From positions 45,632,001 to 45,696,000 of the forward strand of contig OX597835.1 in NCBI GenBank assembly GCA_951406725.2: a stretch of 64,000 bases of DNA, written 5' to 3'. Positions 56,720-64,000 of the stretch are shown piece by piece. The notes beneath the pieces are model-generated. The model was given only the letters and a program-made list of their open reading frames with translations. It was not told the origin of the DNA and ran no database searches. Each line of letters opens with the position of its first letter. Positions within the stretch are counted from its first letter, which is position 1. Both the position numbers and the translations under genes were made by a program. This DNA comes from Octopus vulgaris. Lineage: Eukaryota.

Positions 56720-56910
56720 GGAGAGTGCGACCATGCTGGAGCACTACCTTCAACAAATTTCACTCAACTGTATCGTAATCAGTACACAGTATTTTAAAGC
56801 TTGGTTCTATTAGCCAACTCTGTCGTCCCGATAAGTAACGGCCTCGTAGATAGAGCAGCCCCGGTTGTCATGCGGTGTTGGGGGTTAAACACGCATACAC
56901 ACACATACAT

Positions 56911-56942
<32 letters not shown>

Positions 56943-57070
56943 GAGGGCTTCCTTCATACTCCATCTAAAAAATACACTCACAAGGTACTTGACCAATGTG
57001 CCACGCAGTGGAACTGAGCCCGGGAGAATGTGATTAGGAAGCAAGATTTTTACCATATAACCACGCCTAC
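56720..57070 (-). mobile_element. SINE family A-related copy, inverted relative to its neighbour
   Basis: gcgaccatgctggagcact...ggcttcctt...gtgccacgcagtggaactgagcccggg. Confidence 0.65.
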
Positions 57071-57782
57071 ACCTATACATACACACACGTATACATATGT
57101 GTACACACACACACGCACACACATATATATATTTATACAAACAAGCGTGTCTAGCTTGTCGTATTCCGTTGGTAATCCTACAGGAGGCAGCACCGTATAG
57201 ATATAGTAATTTTACACCTTTGTGTCTTGAGAAGTGGATATACGCTACAAGTAGATTGATGTATAGATATATGTAGATGCATACATATATGCATATACAT
57301 ATACACACATACACACACACACATATACTTGTACAGGCATAGATGAAGCTAGAGCGAAACATCAAGAAGTAGACTCGGTTACTATACAGCAATATAAATA
57401 TTCATGTTGCTTAGCACCGATTATATCTTCATATACTGCAGACTGGAGTTATCTTGCTTCATCGAAATATAAATACGTAGATGAGTTTAGAAAATATATC
57501 CATATAATTGAGTAATAGTTGTGGCTCTTCTGGCATTCATAAACCTATATATTTAACAGAATAAAGATATTTTATTATCTTTTGCCGCGCAACTTTTACA
57601 TATATTTGATGAAGGCGGACATTGATTTTTGTAATAAGTCTTGTGCAGATAAGGCACTTAAACACACAGACAACCCCCACAAACACCTACAGACACACAC
57701 ACACACACATACACACACTCGCGCACAACCAGAAATTTACTTATATGTGTATATAGAGAAGATACAGATAAGTGGTATGGTG

Positions 57783-57843
<61 letters not shown>

Positions 57844-57924
57844 GTACAACATATGTATGGTGTATATATATCAATATATATCTATATCTATATCTATTTA
57901 TTTTATATATATATACATATATAT

Positions 57925-57981
<57 letters not shown>

Positions 57982-58007
57982 GATATATATATATATACAT
58001 ATATATA

Positions 58008-58047
<40 letters not shown>

Positions 58048-58094
58048 GCGTATATATAGATATATATATGTATATATATATATATATATACGTA

Positions 58095-58143
<49 letters not shown>

Positions 58144-59904
58144 AGGTATATATCTATACACACACACACACACAGGCACACAAGCACAGCCCACACGTCA
58201 TGCAGACAGTCTTACACAGGCGTGTATATATCTATGTGTCCGTGTATACGCTTGTCATTCTGATTAAAGGAGGTGTCACTGTCTTTGCAAATCTTTGGTG
58301 AAGATAATTTAATGCAAATATACATAGCAAATACTTTTCAAATTATGTTTACAAAAACTCATTTATCATTGAATCAACAAAGACAGAACGTTTGACCTGA
58401 TCGATAAAATATTGGTAAAAACATACAAGCTGTAAGCCAACCGTTTGTGCCTTATCTTTATTTGACCCTTAGCTCAATTGACCAACATGATAATACTAAG
58501 ATGACAGCTATTTACCAAGATATATCCGAAACTCACAAACTTTCCTATTAGCACGAGACATCGCCTAGTAACCAAATTGTAGGCGAATGGTCAACGTAAT
58601 ATAATTATTTTAAATAATTTGATTTTCTTGAGTTCTTTGCAATCTTAAGGATAGTTACCCGATTTCCATGGTCTGTGAGTGGCTCCACAATATTTCTCTA
58701 AATGTACGCCGGTCGGTGCAGGGTTCAACACAAGCAACCTATTGAAATGAGAGACTATTCGATTACTTCAACCCGTGCATTTGCTGGTAATTCATTTTAT
58801 TGATAGCGGCTGGTTGAAACGCGAAGTTGCCGTGAGCGGCTTTTAAACACAGAACACAAAATCGCGGAAGAAATGCCGCTAAACATTTTCTCCGACATGC
58901 TTACGATTCTTCCAGTTTGCCGCCTTCTATTACGGAATCGGAGAATCCGAACGGTTTTAGAATAAATAAGTTGCAAACTACTGTATCTATATATGACCAG
59001 TCTGGCTTCCGTCTCCACTTTATGTTTTACCAGTTTGATCAAGAAGGTCATGAGAGGTCTGTAAAACACATGGTGGACTCTGCTATTCTTCGTTGACAAT
59101 ATAGAAGCTCTTATATAACAGGAGAACACAACAAGCCGTGAATGTCATGCTTGTACACGTGCGCTTTTCGTTTAATTCCTCAACTACGATGAGCAATTAC
59201 TTCGTTTTTTTTTCATCAAAAACAAGATGAGGAACATCTACTGTGTCTGAAATATTTGGTTAAAGGGAAGACTTAAAAATGCTTTTCAACTGAAGTCTTG
59301 AGTACATTGCGGTTTGATTTCTGTTTTGCATTTAAAATGGTCTTTATTGGTTTCGATGTTGTAAAATTCTTAAAATTCATAATTACTATTGGTAAAAAGT
59401 GTTAATGTCTGGATATCTACTATACTAAAAACTAACAAATAAGTAAATAAGTGTACTTCAAAAATCATAGATTTTAAAAAAATTCAACAGTACCCACAAC
59501 AATGTTTTAGGAACCAATAACAGATTTTAAATATTTAAATAATTTTTATCATTTTTAATATGATTTTTATTCAATAGGTTCGATTTAGTCCATTGGTTTG
59601 TTTTTTATCTCTATGATGTGGTGCCAGGGTGAAGATCAAAGAAAATATTTCTGAAGCACTTTGCATTGGAATTTTTGTTAAATAAAAATAAATCCGTTTC
59701 AATGTTTTAAATATAAAAAGTTGTGCTATTTTTTTTAATTGCCTACAAAGCAATTGAGTATAACAGGTTTGACAAGATAGTCAAATATATGTATGAATTT
59801 AACAAAATATTTAAATTACATTTTTAATCCTTTTAGCACATAAATACAACTCAGCAGGACACCAATGCACAAGGGAGAGAAATACGAAACCACTGGGCTG
59901 AAGT

Positions 59905-60292
59905 GTTGGTTTCAAATTTTGGCTCAAGGCCAGCAATTTTAGGGGAGGGATGAGGCGATTACATGAACTTAAGTATTCAACTGGTTCTTTTTTTATCCAC
60001 CTTAAAAAAGCTGAAAGCCACTGTCAAGCTGCAAAGAATTTGAACTCAGAACGTAAGGACAGACGAAATACCAATTTCTTTACTACCCACAAGGGGCTAA
60101 ACACAGAGAGGACAAACAAGGACAGACAAACGGATCAAGTCGATTATGTGCGAAACTGGTACTTATATAATCGACCCCGAAAGGATGAAAGGCAAGGTCG
60201 ACCTAGCGGAATTTGAACTCAGAACGCAGTGGCCGAAGAAATACCACAAAGCATTTCGTCCGGCGTGCTAACGATTCTGCTAGCTCATCGCC
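59905..60292 (-). mobile_element. SINE family B, tandem/nested
   Basis: tttctttactacccacaaggggctaaacacagagaggacaaacaagg...aaggatgaaaggcaaggtcgac...gcatttcgtccggcgtgctaacg. Confidence 0.85.
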
Positions 60293-61178
60293 TTCATTGA
60301 ATTAAAATGTTACAGTGCAAAAAATTAAGCAGAAACGAAAATGCATGGATGCTGGTGGTGGTAATAATCAAGGTAAAATAAAGGTGATTCGTTCCGGACA
60401 GAAATTGCAGAAGCTACTCAAAGGCTTTTCTAATTCTTCTAAATCCATTGCAATGACGGAAAAACTTCCATATAGTAGGTAGGTATCTCAGAGGTACACA
60501 CATTTAGTACCTTCGCTTGTACGCTTCACCTGAGTAGGGTAGCAAGGCCTGAGCTTGTCTTCACTTAGCGAATGGCTCTACTTATGATTTCATATGAACC
60601 ATAGCCATCTTAGGCTAGTTTCAGCAGCCGTAATGAATCCCTTTATTTGTCGGGTTCCCGACTTTCTTCTACCTGAAATACCTCAGCGATGTAAATTGAG
60701 AGCGAGGCAGCTAACATCGATTGGAAATGGGGCAGCATGCCAATCTTTGACATGCGTCTTGCTACGAGAACGTCCACAATCTAATGTACATTGTCACGTG
60801 GTGGTGGTAGTATTGTGGGGGAACAAAAAGTTCTGATATTTCGATTTCTTTACCTGGTGCATGAGTCTCTCTCACCAGGACACTGGTAGTTCAACCACGA
60901 TAACATGTTTTTTATGTTGCTCTAGAGCAGGTGCTCCCTGGGAAAACAAATCATTGCCATCAGGTCCACTTGCATCTTTCAGTCTGAGGCAGAACACAAG
61001 CAAGGAAACGGCCTACCTATCATTGCCTTCGCCCTGGGAGTTTTATCGCTTCCCCTTAGAAATTTAATACCCTTTATTAACGATCTATCATGGCGTTCTG
61101 ACTTCAGGCAGAGGTCAGAAGTCAGAGGTCATACGTTAGTCGCTAGAGGGCCAGTAGATTTAATGATTCAGCATTAAG

Positions 61179-61349
61179 AGCTGCAACATGCCTTTGCCGA
61201 TCTTGAAAAAGTCTCATCTCCCTTCTGCCTTGGGACTCCATCAAAACGTGCTGAAGCATGCTGTGGCTGATGTTAAGGAAGTTTCGTCTCCGGACCCTGT
61301 CTCTCTCTTTCTCTCTCTCTCTTCAGACTGTATTTGACTGCATTTGGTG
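61179..61349 (-). mobile_element. Second fragment of the Helitron-derived sequence
   Basis: Reverse complement of ~53994-54185 (gctgcaacatgcctttgccgatcttga...gactgtatttgactg). Confidence 0.85.
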
Positions 61350-61746
61350 GTTGGTTTAAAATTTTGCCTGTTAACCAGGTTTAGTTTCATACAAGCTAAA
61401 ACTGTCTTTCACGCTGAAATACGAGTATGAAAATATCCAATCAGAGATCAAAAACTAGTCTAGCCACATATTTAATTTTCAACACTCCAAGATTAGAGTA
61501 AGAAGGAACACTAAATCACCGCATTACACAGTAACGTTGAATACAGACCGCGGCAATATGGAGTGTAGCACTGAAGAAGAACTCATAGCATCGTCACTCG
61601 AAAGATACGAAGAGAATGTAAATTGCACTGTTATAGTGCTGCGAGTTGTTATAATTTCATGATAAACCTACCTCCTCAGTAATTTAAATTCACTGCATTT
61701 TCTCATATCATAAGCATCCGTATACATATACGCACACATGCATACA

Positions 61747-61801
<55 letters not shown>

Positions 61802-61804
<3 letters not shown>

Positions 61805-61993
61805 GGTCCCGGGTTGAGTCGGGGTTAACCACAGTAAATAAGGTACTCAATACATTGCAGAGTAAATTAATTTATTTTATAGAAGGAGCTTCTACAGGAC
61901 TAGAACTGTTTCATTCCAATGAAATCATCCTGATGATTTCATTTGAATGAAACAGTTCTAGTCTTGTAGAAGCTCCTTCTATAAAATAAATTT
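61802..61993. mobile_element. Fold-back copy of the 25701-25845 hammerhead cassette
   Basis: gtaggtcccgggttga...agaaggagcttctacaggactag shared with 25701; arms 61869-61929 / 61932-61992; CTGATGA(61930)-tttcatttgaat-GAAAC-ag-ttctagtc-tt-GTA-gaagct. Confidence 0.85.
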
Positions 61994-61997
61994 AAAA

Positions 61998-62028
<31 letters not shown>

Positions 62029-62054
62029 TACATACACACACATACACACACACT

Positions 62055-62108
<54 letters not shown>

Positions 62109-62469
62109 AGTACCTAAATATCTATTAGCATCCTGTCTCACAGTTTATTCGTGTGCAGGTGAGAGAGAAAGAGAGAGAGAGATAATGAGTTTGTGCACGT
62201 TACTTATAGCTGAGTAAGAGCTAATTTAATAAGACTACTATATCAACGACATCTTATAAGAATCGAGCTATATTACTTATGAATAGATTTATACACAAAA
62301 TAATGGTCCTTGCTAACAGAATTATGCAGACTAACGTAACAGGAGATAATATCAATAAAATATCTTCCAAACTATTTCCTATGTTGCTTTTCCGCTTCCA
62401 TTAGGATTACCAACCTGTCTGTCATACTAATCTCCCTATCTGCATCTTTGTATGGGTGCATATGTATGT

Positions 62470-62818
62470 CAATACAGGTGCGTGTATGTGTGTATGTGGG
62501 TATGTGGGTATGTGTGTGTGTGTTTGTTTGTGTGTGTGTGTGCGTGCGTGTGTGTGAGTGTGCGTGTGTGTGTGTGTATGTTTGTGTGTGTGTATGTGTG
62601 TGTGCATGTTTGTGTGTGTGTGCGTGTGTATGTGTATGTTTGTGTGTGTGTGTGTTTGTTTGTTTGTGTGTGTGTGTGTGCGTGTGTATGTGTATGTTTG
62701 TGTGTGTGTGTGCATGTTTGTGTGTATGTGTATGTGCGTGTGCGTGTGTGTGTATGTTTGTGTGTGTGTGTGTGTGTGTGCGTGTGTGTATTTGTGTGTG
62801 TATCTGTTGTATTTGTGT
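62470..62818. repeat. Degenerate (GT)n array
   Basis: Direct reading. Confidence 0.95.
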
Positions 62819-62849
62819 GACGCACTATGGACCAATGATAACGAAGTTG

Positions 62850-63345
62850 GTTTCAGAAAGATGACCAGCCTGACGATATGGTGTGCTGTTGGAAACGTTG
62901 CCTCCATTGGTCCCTATAGTTTTGAAGAGAGTAATTGGAAATGATGTTACCGTGAACCCTGAGCGTTATATCGAGATGATAAACAACTTCTTTGTGCCTG
63001 AATTACGACAAAAACTATGCATAAGCGACGTGTTTGTATTCAGCAGGATGGCGCGATGGCCCACACAATCAGAGGACCAGTGGACGTCCTTCGTCCTCTC
63101 TTCGGTGACCGCATCATTTCCATGTTTGCTGACATTACTTGCTCGCCCCCGGTCCCCTGATTTGCCCATGTGTGAATATTTCTTGTGGGGAACTCTGAAG
63201 GCACGCGTGTATGCGCATAAACCATGTACATTGGACGATTTTAAGGAATCTATTCGTGTGGGAGTCGCCCAAATCGACAGAGGAATGCGGGAGAGAATGG
63301 AGGACACTTTCGAAGAACACTAGAAATGCATGTGAAAACGGACAC
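62850..63345 (+). pseudogene. Tc1/mariner-superfamily transposase remnant, DD41D (rosa)-like catalytic domain, frameshifted
   Basis: LTIWCAVG...IGPYSFE / VTVNPERYIEMINNFFVPEL / QQDGAMAHT...LFGDRIIS / PRSPDLPMCEYFLWGTLKARVY. About 41 residues between the second and third acidic positions after frameshift correction. Confidence 0.85.
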
Positions 63346-64000
63346 CAGTTGATAGATGCTGTTGTCTACTCTTGATTTTGACAAATGTTAATTCAATTCA
63401 AACACATTCATGTCAATAAATTTGTTTGCTGCTAAAATTAATGATTTTGTGAATTCTTCAAAAACGTCCGTTCACTCATCTCCATTCTGTAGTTTAGTTC
63501 ATCGAAATACTGGATTGCTTATTTGGAGCAGTAGATATGCTGTATGTGGTATATATATATATATATGTAAAAGTGAAAAAATATACAAACTGGGACAAGA
63601 ACGTGAAACATTTAGAAGACGATACAAAAAATACGAAGGCCTCAGTCATCAGTCAAGAACCGGATCATCTTCTCAATTTCTTGAGATTGCTCCGATCTAG
63701 GCAGCCCCCAAGGGAAATCTAAGAAAGCCTCGAAAGTATACAACACGGGGACGGAAAACGGACGATGTTACACGAATAAAAATACTTAAAAACAATAATA
63801 ACAAAACCAGGACGTCAGGACAAGCGTCTTTTCGACAGCACGAGTTAAGTTTAGTTTAGGGCTGGCTATGGAAGAGTGCCTTAAGGCCACGGAGAACAAA
63901 CAATACGTGTTGCCACAATGACTATTGGATGCGAAAAGGCAGTAGTCGCTGGCTGGTCACGTGAGCACAAAAGAGAGGAGTATATATGCATTTATGTATA

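Noticed and set aside
63570-63720. Minus-strand CTGATGA in a TA-flanked cassette
   Set aside because: No downstream GAAA/stem II in this copy; not supportable as a ribozyme.

Overview
AT-rich, microsatellite-saturated eukaryotic DNA. The SINE repertoire looks like an octopod cephalopod (Octopus-like); this is recognition from memory, not a database result. No intact long ORF is present, and nearly all ORF-track entries are translated (TA)n/(CA)n/(GATA)n/(AAT)n repeats. The window contains many tRNA-derived SINEs and decayed transposons: four Tc1/mariner-superfamily remnants, a Chapaev3-like element, a Helitron derivative, RTE and R4/Dong LINE fragments, and MITEs. Two probable minus-strand exons (10446-10572, 1213-1343) splice in frame into a signal-peptide-like N-terminus of a gene running off the left edge. 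The most striking signal is a set of short non-coding cassettes inserted in (TA)n tracts that carry minimal type I hammerhead ribozyme (HHR) motifs. The best example is a 362-364 bp unit (tandem dimer at 55099-55838; inverted plus direct copy at 41811-42492). Its HHR has a non-canonical UUGANAA core (U3-A8 instead of C3-G8), a palindromic stem III and several compensatory base changes between copies. This suggests a retrozyme/Penelope-like self-cleaving RNA retroelement that canonical CUGANGA searches would miss. Several other HHR families occur, often as fold-back palindromes whose axis lies at the ribozyme.
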